A DNA stretch of 64,000 nt from Deltaproteobacteria bacterium (lineage in GTDB: Bacteria; Desulfobacterota; Dissulfuribacteria; Dissulfuribacterales; QOAL01), in the NCBI GenBank assembly GCA_024275145.1, contig JAJRZR010000063.1, positions 1,231 to 65,230 on the forward strand, given 5' to 3'. The notes under the pieces were generated by a model, which saw only the letters and a program-made list of their open reading frames with translations, had not been told where the DNA came from and searched no databases. The position numbers and the translations under genes were made by a program. This document shows positions 1 to 12,043 of this stretch, one piece after another (positions within the stretch are counted from its first letter, which is position 1; each line of letters opens with the position of its first letter).

Positions 1-21
1 TAGTAGAGATAAAACAATTTT

Positions 22-555
22 ATGGCACATAAATGGTACATAGTACATACCTATTCCGGCTTTGAAAACAAGGTCAAGGCCTCGCTGGAGGAAAGGATCA
101 AGCAGCGGGGTATGGAAGATTTTTTCTCTAAAATTATTGTCCCCACGGAAAAGGTAGTCGAGATTGTAAAGGGAGAGCGAAAAACCTCCTCCCGAAAGGT
201 CTATCCAGGCTACATACTTGTAAGGATGGAATTGAACAAGGACACATGGCATCTGGTTCAGGATACACCAAAGGTGACCGGATTCGTCGGTGGGCAACAT
301 GATCCTGTACCACTACCCGACGCCGAGGCTGAAAAGATTATCAGGCACATGGAGGAAATGTCCCAGAAGCCGGTGCCAAAATACAGATTTGAAAAGGGGG
401 ACAAGGTAATCGTTACGGATGGCCCGTTCGCAAATTTTAGCGGTATCATTGATGAGGTGAAACCGGAAAAGGGCAAGGTAAGGGTATTGGTATCTATTTT
501 TGGCCGTTCTACCCCGATAGAATTGGAGTTTGGTCATGTCCACAAGGCCGGTTGA
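22..555 (+). CDS. nusG: Transcription termination/antitermination factor NusG
   Basis: 177-aa ORF with NGN-type N-terminus (WYIVHTYSGFENKV) and KOW motif (GDKVIVTDGPFANFSGIIDEV); directly upstream of rplK-rplA as in the conserved cluster. Confidence 0.95.
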   Translation: MAHKWYIVHTYSGFENKVKASLEERIKQRGMEDFFSKIIVPTEKVVEIVKGERKTSSRKVYPGYILVRMELNKDTWHLVQDTPKVTGFVGGQHDPVPLPDAEAEKIIRHMEEMSQKPVPKYRFEKGDKVIVTDGPFANFSGIIDEVKPEKGKVRVLVSIFGRSTPIELEFGHVHKAG

Positions 556-633
556 GGCAGTTTAGCTAATCCTTCCTTCCAAGTTAGTTCTAAACTCTCA
601 GGCCTGCCCGGCCGTTGTCCAGGCCCCCCCGGC

Positions 634-676
634 CATGAAAATACAGTCCTGATGGAGGGTGCATTTTTACGGTAAA
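634..676 (+). repeat. REP-like hairpin repeat, copy S1 (nusG-rplK spacer)
   Basis: CATGAAAATACAGTCCTGATGGAGGGTGCATTTTTACGGTAAA; 21/24 identical to copy S5 over the first 24 nt and closely similar to S2; arms CCATGAAAAT/ATTTTTACGG pair with one mismatch. Confidence 0.7.
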
Positions 677-701
677 TATTTCGTAAGGAGAATTGTTCGA
701 T

Positions 702-1127
702 ATGGCGAAAAAAATTGCAGGTTTCATAAAGTTGCAGATCCCCGCTGGGCAGGCAAGCCCGTCTCCGCCAGTTGGGCCGGCGCTGGGGCAGCACGGCGTG
801 AATATAATGGAGTTTGTCAAGGCATTTAATGCCAAGACCGCGGATCAGCCCGGGATGATTATCCCGGTGGTCATAACCGTCTACGCGGATCGGTCTTTCA
901 GCTTTGTCTTAAAGACACCGCCAGCATCTGTGCTGCTTAAAAAGGCGGCTGGGATAGAAAAGGGGTCAGGTGTTCCAAACCTGGACAAGGTAGGCAAGGT
1001 CACCAGGGCCCAGGTGGAAGAGATAGCAAAGACCAAGATGCCTGACCTTACGGCCTCCACGATAGAAGCAGCCATGCGGACCATAGAGGGTACTGCACGG
1101 AGCATGGGAATAGAAGTAGTAGATTAG
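702..1127 (+). CDS. rplK: 50S ribosomal protein L11
   Basis: ORF 693-1127; canonical L11 N-terminus [38 protein letters not shown] begins at ATG 702. Confidence 0.95.
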   Translation: MAKKIAGFIKLQIPAGQASPSPPVGPALGQHGVNIMEFVKAFNAKTADQPGMIIPVVITVYADRSFSFVLKTPPASVLLKKAAGIEKGSGVPNLDKVGKVTRAQVEEIAKTKMPDLTASTIEAAMRTIEGTARSMGIEVVD

Positions 1128-1138
1128 AGGAGTTGTCC

Positions 1139-1843
1139 ATGGGACGCCACGGGAAAAAATATTTACAGGTAAAAGATAAGGTAGATACCAATAAACGTTA
1201 TTCATTGGACGAAGCAATTCGGACCGTTCTCAATACCCATTATGCCAATTTCGATGAAAGCGTTGACGTTGCCATAAATCTAGGTGTGGATCCTCGAAAG
1301 GCAGATCAGAACATAAGGGGATCAGTCGTCCTCCCCCATGGTACAGGCAAAAAATTAAGGGTACTTGTTTTCGCCAAGGGAGAAAAGGCCAAGGAAGCGG
1401 AAGAAGCCGGTGCTGATTTCGTTGGCGCTGAGGAGCTGGTCGAGAAGATCCAGAAGGGATGGCTCGATTTTGACAAGGTGGTTGTAACGCCGGATATGAT
1501 GGCTGTAGTGGGGCGCCTGGGACGGATACTGGGACCCAGGGGAATGATGCCAAACGCCAAGACTGGAACCGTGACCTTTGACGTGGCCAAGGCGGTTAAG
1601 GATATCAAGGCTGGCAAGGTAGATTTCAGGGTAGACATAGCAGGGGTGTTACATGCACCTATTGGCAGGGTGTCTTTCGGCCCTGAAAAGATAAAGGAGA
1701 ATTTTGCCGCCCTGGCAGATACGGTTCAGCGCCTGAAACCATCGACGAGCAAGGGCGCCTATGTGCGCGGCCTTGCGATGTCTACTACAATGGGTCCTGG
1801 TGTAAAACTGGATCCAGCCGAAGTAAAAAATATTGCGGCTTGA
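1139..1843 (+). CDS. rplA: 50S ribosomal protein L1
   Basis: ORF 1133-1843; L1-like sequence (GRHGKKY..., [23 protein letters not shown]); AGGAG lies 7 nt upstream of ATG 1139. Confidence 0.95.
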   Translation: MGRHGKKYLQVKDKVDTNKRYSLDEAIRTVLNTHYANFDESVDVAINLGVDPRKADQNIRGSVVLPHGTGKKLRVLVFAKGEKAKEAEEAGADFVGAEELVEKIQKGWLDFDKVVVTPDMMAVVGRLGRILGPRGMMPNAKTGTVTFDVAKAVKDIKAGKVDFRVDIAGVLHAPIGRVSFGPEKIKENFAALADTVQRLKPSTSKGAYVRGLAMSTTMGPGVKLDPAEVKNIAA

Positions 1844-2493
1844 TGCCCTTGCAACTTCAGGGTGCCTGGCAGGTTGTTGACAGGTCGTACCTTCAATTGG
1901 AAAACACCGGCTCGTAGGGGACGTATCTGGGTGTGTCTGTACAGTGACTCGGCCGACGAGAAGGGGATGGGTCGTGAAAATTTCCAAGGGAAGGTGCAGG
2001 TCTTTACAGGGCTACCGCGTCGGCTTTGTCGCCGGGTGCTCGATCCAGGGGCTGCCTGCGTGTCCGTACAGACCAGTCGTCTTGGTCAGGAAAAGATCAA
2101 GCAATTAATCCATGTTACCTAGACCTTCATGCGCTCCATATCCTCGTGGCCGCACCTCGGGTATGGAAAAATGGCCCGGGGAAGGATGTGTTCTCACGAT
2201 AAACAAGAGATTCCCCAGAGTGGCCATATTTCTGTTTGGGGGGCACAAGACATCGATACGAAGAAATCGGCATCAAGGTGTGCAGGGTCTTCTTGAGGCG
2301 TAATTACCACGGCCATCAGGCAAAAAGGAATTGTCCCTATGGGGATTTAGATAAAAGGTTTGTCAAAGACAGTAGGTACTTCAAGGTGTTTAATGGATGT
2401 TTCGAAGAAAATGAAACCACCACCTACCGAGACACTTAGACCTCTGCCTTTGGCAGTAAATAAACTGCCTATGGTAGAAAGGGGGGATGAAAT
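1844..2493 (+). promoter_or_regulatory. Unusually long rplA-rplJ spacer; presumed rplJ promoter/leader (L10 autoregulatory region)
   Basis: 650 nt without a credible ORF between rplA stop and rplJ TTG start; the position corresponds to the L10 operon leader in other bacteria; no specific structure verified. Confidence 0.35.
1969..2010 (+). repeat. Partial REP-like repeat (5' half only), copy S13
   Basis: GGTCGTGAAAAT (1969-1980) is identical to the 12 nt GGTCGTGAAAAT at 47264-47275 (5' flank plus arm of copy S2); the 3' arm is poorly complementary. Confidence 0.35.
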
Positions 2494-3018
2494 TTGGCAT
2501 TGAAACGGAATGAAAAGGAGGCCATAGTTGAGGACCTTCACGGCAAATTTTCCAACGCAGTGAGTGTCATCATAGCCAGCTTTTCTGGCCTCAGCGTATC
2601 CGCGGCCAACAGCCTCAGGAAGGAATTGAGGGAAAAAGAGGGTGAATTCAAGGTCGCCAAGAATACCCTCTTGAAACGAGCGGTTCGTGGTACGACAGCA
2701 GAAATCCTTACAGATGAATTTGTAGGGCCCAATGCAGTGGTCATAAGCTATGATGATCCTGTCGCGGTGGCAAAGGTCTTGGTCAAATTTGCTGAGGAAA
2801 ACAAGGCCATTGAGATAAAGGCCGGTATGCTTGATGGGAAGTTCATGGATGCAGCAGGCATTGAGGCGCTCAGTAAACTGCCAAGTCGTGAGGTACTTCT
2901 GGCTCAACTACTCTCAGTACTTGTGGCAACACCTACCAATCTGGTCCAGGTGCTTGCAGGTATTCCCAGAAAACTGCTATATGCCCTTCGGGCAATAGAG
3001 GAAGCAAAGCAGCAATAG
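2494..3018 (+). CDS. rplJ: 50S ribosomal protein L10
   Basis: 174-aa ORF, TTG start after a G-rich SD; L10-like N-terminus [15 protein letters not shown]; followed by rplL. Confidence 0.93.
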   Translation: MALKRNEKEAIVEDLHGKFSNAVSVIIASFSGLSVSAANSLRKELREKEGEFKVAKNTLLKRAVRGTTAEILTDEFVGPNAVVISYDDPVAVAKVLVKFAEENKAIEIKAGMLDGKFMDAAGIEALSKLPSREVLLAQLLSVLVATPTNLVQVLAGIPRKLLYALRAIEEAKQQ

Positions 3019-3079
3019 ATTCAAGGACAAATATAAGTTTGGCCCCAAGGGCCCTTTAAGATTTCAGGAGGATGTAGAA

Positions 3080-3463
3080 ATGGCTGTAACCAAAGAAGAT
3101 GTTATTGAGTTCATATCCAACATGACAGTACTTGAGCTTTCGGAGCTCATAAAGGAAATGGAAGAAAAGTTTGGCGTAAGCGCGGCGGCTCCTGTGGCAG
3201 TTGCTGCTGCTCCTGGCGCGGAGGCAGGAGGTGCCGCTCCGGCTGAGGAGAAGACAGAGTTTGATGTCATACTCCAGGATATTGGCAGCCAGAAGATCAA
3301 GGTCATCAAGGAGGTAAGAGCAGTTACCGGTCTTGGCCTGAAAGAGGCCAAGGAACTGGTCGAGAGTGCGCCGAAGGCGATCAAGGAAGCGGTTTCCAAG
3401 GAGGAGGCGGAAAAGATCAAGGAGCAGGTCGAGGCCGTAGGCGCAAAGGTAGAGATCAAATAG
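3080..3463 (+). CDS. rplL: 50S ribosomal protein L7/L12
   Basis: 127-aa ORF; N-terminal dimerisation helix, Ala/Pro-rich hinge ([21 protein letters not shown]) and C-terminal [22 protein letters not shown] motif. Confidence 0.96.
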   Translation: MAVTKEDVIEFISNMTVLELSELIKEMEEKFGVSAAAPVAVAAAPGAEAGGAAPAEEKTEFDVILQDIGSQKIKVIKEVRAVTGLGLKEAKELVESAPKAIKEAVSKEEAEKIKEQVEAVGAKVEIK

Positions 3464-3516
3464 AAAAATCCTTCGGTGAAAGCCACAGGCTTTTTCTTCA
3501 TGTTTAGATCACCTTG

Positions 3517-3549
3517 ACCTGTACCAGGACATTATGTCCTGGTACAGGT
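3517..3549 (+). terminator. Perfect 14-bp hairpin between rplL and rpoB (probable attenuator/partial terminator)
   Basis: ACCTGTACCAGGAC-ATTAT-GTCCTGGTACAGGT followed by CTTTGCTG; the position matches the known rplL-rpoB attenuator of other bacteria; the T-tract is weak. Confidence 0.5.
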
Positions 3550-3608
3550 CTTTGCTGTAAGTTTCCTTTCTAAATACTCTCTCATCAGCCAGTTAGAGGC
3601 AGCACTAT

Positions 3609-6600
3609 ATGTTAAAGTTTCAGACTCTCCCCTTAAGAAAGAATTTCGGTCATGTAAAAAAGGTTGTAGATGTTCCGCACCTGATCGAAATGCAGCGACG
3701 TTCCTATGCCAAGTTTATGCAGAAGGACGTGGCCCCTGAAGCCAGGGAAGATACCGGACTGCAGGCTGCGTTCAATAGCGTTTTTCCAATAACCGATTTT
3801 ACCGGGGCCTCTTCGCTGGAATTCGTCCAGTATACCATCGGTGAACCAAAATACACCCAGGAAGAATGTATTTCCAGGGGTGCCACCTTTGAGGCCCCGA
3901 TGAAGATCGTTGTCCGGCTTCTGTCCTACGATGTGGACAAGGAGAGTGGCGTCCAGAGTATCAGGGATATCAAGGAACAAGAGATATACTTTGGAACCTT
4001 GCCCCTTATGACCAGGACTGGAACCTTTATCATCAATGGGACAGAGAGGGTGGTGGTAAGCCAGCTTCAGCGTTCTCCAGGGGTATTTTTTGATCACGAC
4101 AAGGGCAAGAGCCACGCCAGTGGTAAGCTGCTGTATTCCTGTCGCATGATACCGGTCAGGGGGTCCTGGATAGATTTCGAGTTTGATCCAAAGGACATCC
4201 TGCATGTTCGGATAGACAGGCGAAGAAAGTTCCCGGCCACTATCCTACTCAAGGCTCTGGGTCACACCACTGAGGATCTCCTGTCTATTTTTTACGATTG
4301 GGATACATATATCCTGGATGGTCCCCTTGTCTATCGTAAGGTGAATCCCAAGACCCTGGTTGGACAAAGGGCCACAATGGATGTGATCAATCCTGAAACA
4401 GGGGATGTTTTGGTCCGTAAGAACAGGAAATTTTCAAGGACCATGATGCGGAAACTTGATGAACTCGGTGTAACCAGGGTGCCTGTCCAGCCAGAGGAGC
4501 TGGAGGGCAAGGTGACCGCCCAGGAAGTGGTGGATCCCTCCACTGGTGAGGTGATCATCCCGATCAACACGGTGCTCTCTCAGGCAGATATCGAAAAGTG
4601 CAGGGAGAGTGGAGTTCATGAAATCAGGACCCTTTTCATCGATGGTATACGCGTCAGTTCCTCTCTGAGGGATACCCTTTGTCTGGACAAGGTGGAGACC
4701 CAAGAGGATGCGATCATTGAGATATACAGGCGGCTAAGGCCGAGCAGTCCCTTGATCCTCGATGTGGCCCAGAAGTTTTTCAATTCTCTCTTTTTTAATC
4801 CTGACACCTATGACCTGTCTGAGGTGGGCAGATACAAGATAAATCAGCGCTTGGGCCTGGACACGCCCTTGTCTCAGAGGGTCCTGACCCCTGAGGACAT
4901 CTTGGAGACCGTCAGGGAGCTGGTAAGACTCAAGGATACCCAGGGTACTGTGGATGACATAGATCACCTGGGGAACAGAAGGGTCAGGTCGGTCGGGGAG
5001 CTTATCGAAAACCAGTACAGGATAGGTCTTGTGCGGATGGAGCGGGCGATCAAGGAAAGGATGACCCTCCAGGAGATAGAGGCCCTCATGCCCAACGATC
5101 TGGTGAATCCCAAGCCGGTAAGCTCTGTTATCAAGGAATTTTTTGGATCGAGCCAGCTTTCCCAGTTCATGGACCAGACGAACCCGCTTTCGGAGGTCAC
5201 TCACAAGAGGCGTCTTTCCGCCCTTGGGCCTGGGGGGCTTTCAAGGGAACGCGCAGGATTCGAGGTTCGTGACGTGCATCCTACCCACTACGGCAGGATT
5301 TGCCCGATCGAGACCCCTGAAGGCCCCAATATAGGCCTTATCGTCTCCCTGAGCACCTACGGGCGTATCAATGAGTATGGCTTTATCGAGACCCCGTACA
5401 GGAAGGTAAGGGATCGCCGCTTGACAGGTGAGATCGTATACATGACCGCCTCCCAGGAGGAAGAAGAGACCATCGCCCAGGCAACCATCAATATAGACGA
5501 TGATGGCCGGATAATAGACGATCAGTTAGGCGTTAGACGGAAGGGTGAGTTCCTGATCGTGCCTGCCGAAGAGATAACAGCAATAGACGTTGCCCCGAAC
5601 CAGCTTGTCAGTGTCTCGGCAGGGTTGGTTCCCTTCCTTGAAAACGATGATGCAAACAGGGCCTTGATGGGATCGAATATGCAGCGTCAGGCAGTGCCCC
5701 TACTGATAAGTGATGCCCCCTTGGTTGGCACCGGAATGGAAAGGAAGGTAGCAGTAGACTCCGGGGTGACCATAGTTGCCAAGAGGGATGGATGGGTGGA
5801 GGATGTAGATTCCACCCGATTGGTGATAGCCTATGACGAGGACGAAGAGGCTGGCCTTCCCGTAGAGGTCGAGATCCACAAGCTGATCAAGTATCAAAAA
5901 TCCAACCAGACTACTACCCTGAATCAGACTCCTATTGTGAAACCTGGGCAGAGGGTTTCCAGGGGTGAGGTCCTGGTGGACGGGCCTTCCACCAAGTACG
6001 GTGAGCTGGCGCTTGGCAAGAATGTGGTCGTGGCCTTCATGCCATGGCGCGGTTACAATTTCGAGGACGCGATCATAGTAAGCGAGCGCCTTGTCAAAGA
6101 CGATGTATTCACCTCTGTGCATATAGAGGAATTCGAGGTCGAGGCCCGTGACACAAAACTGGGTAAGGAAGAGATCACAAGGGATATACCCAATGTCGGT
6201 GAAGAGGCCCTGAAAAACCTGGATGATTCGGGAATCATCAGGGTAGGGGCGGAGGTCAAGGCCGGTGATATCCTGGTTGGAAAGGTTACTCCCAAGGGTG
6301 AAACCCAGCTATCACCGGAAGAGAAGCTCTTGAGGGCTATATTTGGTGAAAAAGCCGGGGACGTAAAGGACACCTCTCTCCGGGTACCTCCCGGTGTCAA
6401 GGGGGTGGTTATCGATGCAAAGGTTTTTTGCAGGAAAGGGGTGCCAAAGGATGAGCGGGCGCAGGCCATTGAGGATCTTGAGATCGCAGCAATCCTCAAG
6501 GACCAGGAAGACGAAATAAAGGTTATCAGGCGTACAGCGCTCAAGAAGCTGTACCGTCATTTTGCAGGGCGAAAGACCGCTGTGCCTATAAAAGATATCA

Positions 6601-7700
6601 GGGGTGAGTTGCTGCTGGATGTAGGAGGGGAGATTACCGAGGATGTCCTTGAGAAGATCCCATTTCACGCCCTGGCGGACATAGTCCTTGAGGGTAAAAC
6701 AAAGATCGACCCGGTGGTTGCTGATGTACTTAACTGGTACGAGGGGGAGATCGAAAGGATTCGTTCCTTTTTCGAAGGCAAGATCGAGCGGCTCAAAAAG
6801 GGCGACGATCTTCCACCGGGTGTCATCAAGATGGTCAGGGTCTACGTGGCCATGAAGAGGAAGTTGTCCGTAGGGTACAAGATGGCTGGGCGCCATGGGA
6901 ACAAGGGCGTGGTATCCAAGATTGTCCCTGAGGAGGACATGCCCTACTTTGCCGATGGTACGCCAGTGGATATCATACTCAATCCCCTTGGTGTGCCCTC
7001 CCGTATGAACGTGGGCCAGATCCTGGAGGTACACCTGGGCTGGGGCGCCAAGAGCCTCGGGCGTCAACTGGAGGCCATGGCCAAGCAATTCCAGATCGAG
7101 AAGATCAAGGCCAAGCTTTCAAGGATCTATTCACCAGAAGAGCTGTCGGCCCTGTTGGATGGCCTTGACGATGAACAGGTCAGGGAACTGGCGCTTCATC
7201 TTGGAAACGGCATACCTGTGGCAACGCCGGTATTCGATGGCGCTGATGAGCACACGATCCGCAAGTTCCTGGTGGAATCCGATCAGCCGGAGCTGGGGCA
7301 GGTTGCCCTGTATGATGGCGGGACAGGTGAGCCCTTTGCCGAAAAGGTAACGGTTGGGGTGATGTACATGCTAAAGCTCCATCACCTAGTGGCTGACAAG
7401 ATACACGCAAGGTCTACGGGGCCTTATTCGCTTGTAACCCAGCAGCCCCTTGGTGGTAAGGCCCAGTTTGGTGGCCAGCGGCTGGGAGAAATGGAGGTCT
7501 GGGCCATGGAGGCCTATGGCGCTGCCTATTCCCTCCAGGAGTTTCTGACCGTTAAATCCGACGACGTGGTAGGTCGTTCAAGGATGTATGAAAAGATAGT
7601 GAAGGGTAACAATTTTCTTGAGGCTGGTCTTCCGGAATCCTTCAACGTGCTAGTAAAGGAACTTCAAGGATTATGCATGGATATAGATTTATTGGAGTAA
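3609..7700 (+). CDS. rpoB: DNA-directed RNA polymerase subunit beta
   Basis: 1363-aa ORF with hallmark RpoB motifs ([45 protein letters not shown]). Confidence 0.99.
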   Translation: MLKFQTLPLRKNFGHVKKVVDVPHLIEMQRRSYAKFMQKDVAPEAREDTGLQAAFNSVFPITDFTGASSLEFVQYTIGEPKYTQEECISRGATFEAPMKIVVRLLSYDVDKESGVQSIRDIKEQEIYFGTLPLMTRTGTFIINGTERVVVSQLQRSPGVFFDHDKGKSHASGKLLYSCRMIPVRGSWIDFEFDPKDILHVRIDRRRKFPATILLKALGHTTEDLLSIFYDWDTYILDGPLVYRKVNPKTLVGQRATMDVINPETGDVLVRKNRKFSRTMMRKLDELGVTRVPVQPEELEGKVTAQEVVDPSTGEVIIPINTVLSQADIEKCRESGVHEIRTLFIDGIRVSSSLRDTLCLDKVETQEDAIIEIYRRLRPSSPLILDVAQKFFNSLFFNPDTYDLSEVGRYKINQRLGLDTPLSQRVLTPEDILETVRELVRLKDTQGTVDDIDHLGNRRVRSVGELIENQYRIGLVRMERAIKERMTLQEIEALMPNDLVNPKPVSSVIKEFFGSSQLSQFMDQTNPLSEVTHKRRLSALGPGGLSRERAGFEVRDVHPTHYGRICPIETPEGPNIGLIVSLSTYGRINEYGFIETPYRKVRDRRLTGEIVYMTASQEEEETIAQATINIDDDGRIIDDQLGVRRKGEFLIVPAEEITAIDVAPNQLVSVSAGLVPFLENDDANRALMGSNMQRQAVPLLISDAPLVGTGMERKVAVDSGVTIVAKRDGWVEDVDSTRLVIAYDEDEEAGLPVEVEIHKLIKYQKSNQTTTLNQTPIVKPGQRVSRGEVLVDGPSTKYGELALGKNVVVAFMPWRGYNFEDAIIVSERLVKDDVFTSVHIEEFEVEARDTKLGKEEITRDIPNVGEEALKNLDDSGIIRVGAEVKAGDILVGKVTPKGETQLSPEEKLLRAIFGEKAGDVKDTSLRVPPGVKGVVIDAKVFCRKGVPKDERAQAIEDLEIAAILKDQEDEIKVIRRTALKKLYRHFAGRKTAVPIKDIRGELLLDVGGEITEDVLEKIPFHALADIVLEGKTKIDPVVADVLNWYEGEIERIRSFFEGKIERLKKGDDLPPGVIKMVRVYVAMKRKLSVGYKMAGRHGNKGVVSKIVPEEDMPYFADGTPVDIILNPLGVPSRMNVGQILEVHLGWGAKSLGRQLEAMAKQFQIEKIKAKLSRIYSPEELSALLDGLDDEQVRELALHLGNGIPVATPVFDGADEHTIRKFLVESDQPELGQVALYDGGTGEPFAEKVTVGVMYMLKLHHLVADKIHARSTGPYSLVTQQPLGGKAQFGGQRLGEMEVWAMEAYGAAYSLQEFLTVKSDDVVGRSRMYEKIVKGNNFLEAGLPESFNVLVKELQGLCMDIDLLE

Positions 7701-7727
7701 TCGGCAATAGTCGGATATGGCAAGCCA

Positions 7728-7770
7728 TTTTACCATAAACATTCATCCTGCCCTGGGTCGTGTTTTCATG
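7728..7770 (-). repeat. REP-like hairpin repeat, copy S3 (rpoB-rpoC spacer, inverted orientation)
   Basis: Minus-strand sequence CATGAAAACACGACCCAGGGCAGGATGAATGTTTATGGTAAAA aligns along its length with S1/S2. Confidence 0.65.
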
Positions 7771-7934
7771 CACTTTGGGATGCGCCTTCAAGGTTGCGGA
7801 CCGCATGAAGGTTTGGGCTGAAGAAATAATTTTGACGAACGTGGACAATTTATAAACCTGTTGTGAGGGATGCATCGTGTTCGAAAAGTCATGGAAGGAT
7901 GCATCACCAACAGGCCTGAGAAGAGGTTTGCTCA

Positions 7935-10900
7935 ATGGATGATCTTTTATCGCTTTTTACCAAGCCTAAAGATCCTTTAAATTTCAAGGCAGTACGTATA
8001 TCGGTTTCTTCCCCAGAGAATATACTTAAGAGGTCACACGGTGAGGTCAAACAACCTGAGACCATAAACTATCGGACCTTCAAACCCGAAAGGGATGGCC
8101 TGTTTTGCGCGAAGATTTTCGGACCCGTAAAGGATTACGAATGCCTGTGCGGCAAGTACAAACGTATGAAGCACAGGGGGGTCGTATGTGAAAAATGCGG
8201 GGTCGAGGTGATTCAGTCAAAGGTTCGCCGGAGCAGGATGGCCCACATTTCCCTTGCTGCACCGGTTGCCCATATCTGGTTTTTAAAAAGTCTTCCCAGC
8301 AAGATAGGCTCGCTCCTCGATCTGAGCCTCAAGGAACTGGAGCGGGTGCTGTATTTTGAATCCCATATCGTTATCGAGTCCCAGCTCCCGGAGATCCCTG
8401 TAGGCACCTTGATGACCGATGAGGCCTATCACAAGAACCTAGAGCAGTTCGGTGACAAGTTTAAGGTGGGTATCGGTGCTGAGGCAGTGCATCTGTTACT
8501 GGGCCAGCTTGACCTGGATTCACTATCGAGACAACTCAGGGAGGACATGCAGAAGACCCGTTCCGAGGCCAAGAGAAAGAAACTGGGCAAGAGACTCCGG
8601 GTAGTGGAGGCATTCAGGGATTCTGGTAACAGGCCAGAGTGGATGATACTAAGCGTGGTTCCGGTTTTGCCCCCTGATCTCAGGCCCTTGGTGCCCCTTG
8701 ATGGCGGCCGTTTTGCTACCTCTGACCTGAACGATCTCTACCGAAGGGTTATAAACAGGAATAACCGGCTGAAACGGCTCAAGGAATTAGATGCCCCTGA
8801 GATCATCATCAGGAATGAAAAGAGGATGCTCCAGGAGGCAGTGGATGTCCTTTTTGATAATGGCCGAAGGGGAAGGGTGGTTACTGGTCCCAACAAAAGG
8901 CCCCTTAAGTCGCTTTCCGACATGCTCAAGGGGAAACAAGGCCGTTTTCGCCAGAACCTACTGGGTAAAAGGGTTGATTATTCAGGTAGGTCCGTGATCG
9001 TCGTGGGGCCGGAGTTGCGGCTTCATCAGTGTGGCCTGCCGAAGCAGATGGCCATCGAGTTGTTCAAACCATTCATATACAACAAGCTTGAACAGAAGGG
9101 GTTGGTCACCACCATAAAGAGTGCGAAGAAGATGGTGGAGAAGGAACTGCCCGGGGTCTGGGATGCGCTCGACGAGGTCGTAAGGGAACATCCAATCCTC
9201 TTGAACCGCGCCCCGACATTGCACAGGCTGGGCATACAGGCATTCGAGCCGGTGCTCGTGGAGGGCAAGGCAATAATGCTTCATCCCCTGGTTTGCGTTG
9301 CCTACAATGCAGATTTCGACGGGGACCAGATGGCAGTACACGTGCCACTTTCAATCGAGGCCCAGACCGAGGCACGGGTCTTGATGATGTCCACCAACAA
9401 TGTGCTCTCCCCTGCGCATGGTGAGCCGATCATTATGGCAACCCAGGACATCGTGCTTGGCATCTACTATATGACCAGGGAGAGGCCTTTCGCAGTTGGA
9501 GAGGGCAAGAGCTTCATATCACCTGAAGAGGTAATACTGGCCTGGAACAGGGGAAGTGTGCATCTTCAGGCCCGTATCAGGGTCCGAATCAAGGGAAAGA
9601 TGGTGGATACAACCGTGGGCAGGGTCATACTTGCCGATATCGTGCCTGAGGAGGTTCCGTTTGAACTGCTGAACAAGGTGCTTCGCAAAAAAGACCTGGC
9701 CAAGTTGATAGACGTCAGCTACAGGAAGGCAGGTGCCAAGAAGACGTGTATACTCGCTGACAGGATAAAGGACGTTGGCTATAAATTTGCCTCTTATGCC
9801 GGTATTTCTATCGCGATCAACGACATGAAGGTGCCGGTTAACAAGGAAGAGGTCCTTAGGAAGGCCCAGGCAGAGGTTGCCGAGGTGCAGAACCAGTACG
9901 CCGAGGGCCTCATAACGGATGGTGAAAGATATAACAAGGTGATCGATATCTGGAGCCGGGCTACCGATGATGTTGCTAAGGAGATGATGGATGAGATCTC
10001 TGTAGAATATGTCCGGGACAAGGAAGGAAAAATAGTTTCGGTTCCCAGTTTCAATCCCATATTTGTCATGGCCGATTCAGGGGCCAGGGGAAGCAAGGAT
10101 CAGATCAGGCAACTTGCCGGTATGCGTGGGCTTATGGCCAAGCCATCAGGTGAGATTATTGAAACGCCAATCCAGGCGAATTTCAGGGAAGGCCTGAGTG
10201 TACTCGAATACTTCATATCCACCCACGGTGCCCGGAAGGGCCTAGCAGATACAGCGCTCAAAACAGCCAATTCCGGGTACCTGACCAGGCGCCTGGTGGA
10301 TGTCGCGCAGGATTCCACTATCACTATGGAGGACTGCGGCACTATAGACGGGATAGAGATAGAACACCTGATGGAAGGTGGTGAAATAATCCAGCGTCTT
10401 GGGGAAAGGATCCTTGGACGCGTGGCCTTGATGGATATCGTTGATCCTGTGACAGGTGAGGTCCTGGTGCCAGCCAACCAGGAGATAGACGAAGAGGGTA
10501 TAAAGAAGATAGAAGATGCCGGAATATCCAAGGTGGAGATAAGGTCGGTCCTGGTGTGTAGGGCTCCATTCGGCGTGTGTTCTAAGTGTTACGGCAGGGA
10601 CCTGTCCAGGGGACGACTTGTGGCTCAGGGTGAGGCCGTGGGTATCATTGCTGCAGAATCTATCGGTGAACCCGGGACCCAACTCACCATGCGCACGTTC
10701 CATATCGGGGGAACGGCAAGCGGCAAGGTGGAACAGGCAGAGATCCGGTCAAGGGGTAAGGGTGTGGTCAAGTTTGAAAGGGTGAACGCAGTCAGGAATG
10801 CCGAAGGCCGTAATGTGGTACTCAATCGAAACGGTGAGATCGTTATCGTGGCCCCGGACGGACGTGAGCGGGAGCGCTATCCGGTCATCTATGGTGCGGA

Positions 10901-12017
10901 GCTGCTGGTCGAGGAGGGCCAGGAGGTCGAGCCAGGCCAGAAACTTGCCCAATGGGATCCATTTACCATACCGATACTTACTGAGGTGCCTGGTAAGGTC
11001 AAATTCGGCGATATCATTGAGGGTGTAACCATACAAGAAAAGGTGGATCCAGTAACCGGCAAGGCTAGCAAGGTGGTGATTCAGCATAAGGCCGCTGAAT
11101 ACAGGCCGAGGGTATCCATCAAGGACGAACGAGGCCGCACCTTGAAGTTGGTCAAATCAAAGGGTGAAGCCAGGTATTTCCTGCCCGTGGGGGCCATCAT
11201 CACGGTCAATGAAGGGGAGATGATCCAGGCCGGGGAGCCGGTGGCCAAGATTCCAAGGGAGACCACAAAGACCAAGGACATCACTGGGGGTCTGCCAAGG
11301 GTGGCTGAACTCTTCGAGGTCAGAAAACCCAAGGAATACGCCATCATCAGCGACATAGACGGTGTCGTGTCCTTCGGCAAAGATATAAAGAGCAAACGCC
11401 GTATCATAATCACGCCAGAGTTTGGTGAGCCGAAGGAATATCTGGTGCCCAGGGGAAAACACATCAATGTACATGAAGGTGACTATGTCAGGGCCGGTGA
11501 ACCACTGATGGACGGTGTGGTCAATCCCCATGATATCCTGCGGGTGAAGGGCATCAAGGAGCTGGCAAGGTATCTGGTGGATGAGATCCAGGAGGTCTAC
11601 CGGCTGCAGGGGGTCAAAATTAACGATAAGCACATAGAGGTCATCGTGCGCCAGATGCTTCGACGGGTCAAGATAACCAGTGTGGGTGACAGCCACTTCA
11701 TGCTGGGTGAGCAGGTGGAGCGTACCGAGTTCGAGAAGGAAAACGAAAAGATCCTCGCCGAGGGTGGTGAACCGGCAACCGCAGAACCTATGTTGCTGGG
11801 AATTACCAGGGCATCGTTGACAACGGATAGCTTCATTTCGGCGGCCTCCTTCCAGGAGACTACAAAGGTACTTACCGATGCCTCTATCATGGGAAAGGTA
11901 GACCATCTGCGCGGATTGAAGGAAAATGTGATCATGGGCCGCTTGATCCCAGCAGGAACAGGCAGGGTTTTCTACGAAGAAAAGGAGCGGAAACGGTCCC
12001 TGCCATTACAGGGATAA
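7935..12017 (+). CDS. rpoC: DNA-directed RNA polymerase subunit beta'
   Basis: 1360-aa ORF; zinc-binding [23 protein letters not shown], catalytic [12 protein letters not shown]. Confidence 0.99.
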   Translation: MDDLLSLFTKPKDPLNFKAVRISVSSPENILKRSHGEVKQPETINYRTFKPERDGLFCAKIFGPVKDYECLCGKYKRMKHRGVVCEKCGVEVIQSKVRRSRMAHISLAAPVAHIWFLKSLPSKIGSLLDLSLKELERVLYFESHIVIESQLPEIPVGTLMTDEAYHKNLEQFGDKFKVGIGAEAVHLLLGQLDLDSLSRQLREDMQKTRSEAKRKKLGKRLRVVEAFRDSGNRPEWMILSVVPVLPPDLRPLVPLDGGRFATSDLNDLYRRVINRNNRLKRLKELDAPEIIIRNEKRMLQEAVDVLFDNGRRGRVVTGPNKRPLKSLSDMLKGKQGRFRQNLLGKRVDYSGRSVIVVGPELRLHQCGLPKQMAIELFKPFIYNKLEQKGLVTTIKSAKKMVEKELPGVWDALDEVVREHPILLNRAPTLHRLGIQAFEPVLVEGKAIMLHPLVCVAYNADFDGDQMAVHVPLSIEAQTEARVLMMSTNNVLSPAHGEPIIMATQDIVLGIYYMTRERPFAVGEGKSFISPEEVILAWNRGSVHLQARIRVRIKGKMVDTTVGRVILADIVPEEVPFELLNKVLRKKDLAKLIDVSYRKAGAKKTCILADRIKDVGYKFASYAGISIAINDMKVPVNKEEVLRKAQAEVAEVQNQYAEGLITDGERYNKVIDIWSRATDDVAKEMMDEISVEYVRDKEGKIVSVPSFNPIFVMADSGARGSKDQIRQLAGMRGLMAKPSGEIIETPIQANFREGLSVLEYFISTHGARKGLADTALKTANSGYLTRRLVDVAQDSTITMEDCGTIDGIEIEHLMEGGEIIQRLGERILGRVALMDIVDPVTGEVLVPANQEIDEEGIKKIEDAGISKVEIRSVLVCRAPFGVCSKCYGRDLSRGRLVAQGEAVGIIAAESIGEPGTQLTMRTFHIGGTASGKVEQAEIRSRGKGVVKFERVNAVRNAEGRNVVLNRNGEIVIVAPDGRERERYPVIYGAELLVEEGQEVEPGQKLAQWDPFTIPILTEVPGKVKFGDIIEGVTIQEKVDPVTGKASKVVIQHKAAEYRPRVSIKDERGRTLKLVKSKGEARYFLPVGAIITVNEGEMIQAGEPVAKIPRETTKTKDITGGLPRVAELFEVRKPKEYAIISDIDGVVSFGKDIKSKRRIIITPEFGEPKEYLVPRGKHINVHEGDYVRAGEPLMDGVVNPHDILRVKGIKELARYLVDEIQEVYRLQGVKINDKHIEVIVRQMLRRVKITSVGDSHFMLGEQVERTEFEKENEKILAEGGEPATAEPMLLGITRASLTTDSFISAASFQETTKVLTDASIMGKVDHLRGLKENVIMGRLIPAGTGRVFYEEKERKRSLPLQG

Positions 12018-12043
12018 ACAGGGAGCGATCCCAACTAGAGAGA

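Noticed and set aside
634-676. The hairpin repeats interpreted as rho-independent terminators or as a single leader/riboswitch class.
   Set aside because: Most copies lack a 3' U-tract. They occur in both orientations relative to flanking genes and next to functionally unrelated genes. A dispersed DNA repeat is the simpler reading.
1862-2439. Three small plus-strand ORFs (1862-2122, 2112-2303, 2236-2439) in the rplA-rplJ spacer.
   Set aside because: They have Arg/Cys-rich low-complexity translations, no SD sequences and mutually overlapping frames. The region is more plausibly a leader or repeat-containing non-coding DNA.
6312-7088. Long antisense ORFs inside conserved genes. Examples: 6312-7088(-) and 3633-4205(-) in rpoB, 11157-11906(-) in rpoC, 44508-45590(-) in ftsH, 54896-55594(+) in murB/murC, and 61702-62513(+) in murE/F.
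   Set aside because: They fully overlap strongly conserved genes on the opposite strand. They have skewed Ser/Pro/Arg-rich composition and no recognisable motifs. These are typical shadow ORFs.
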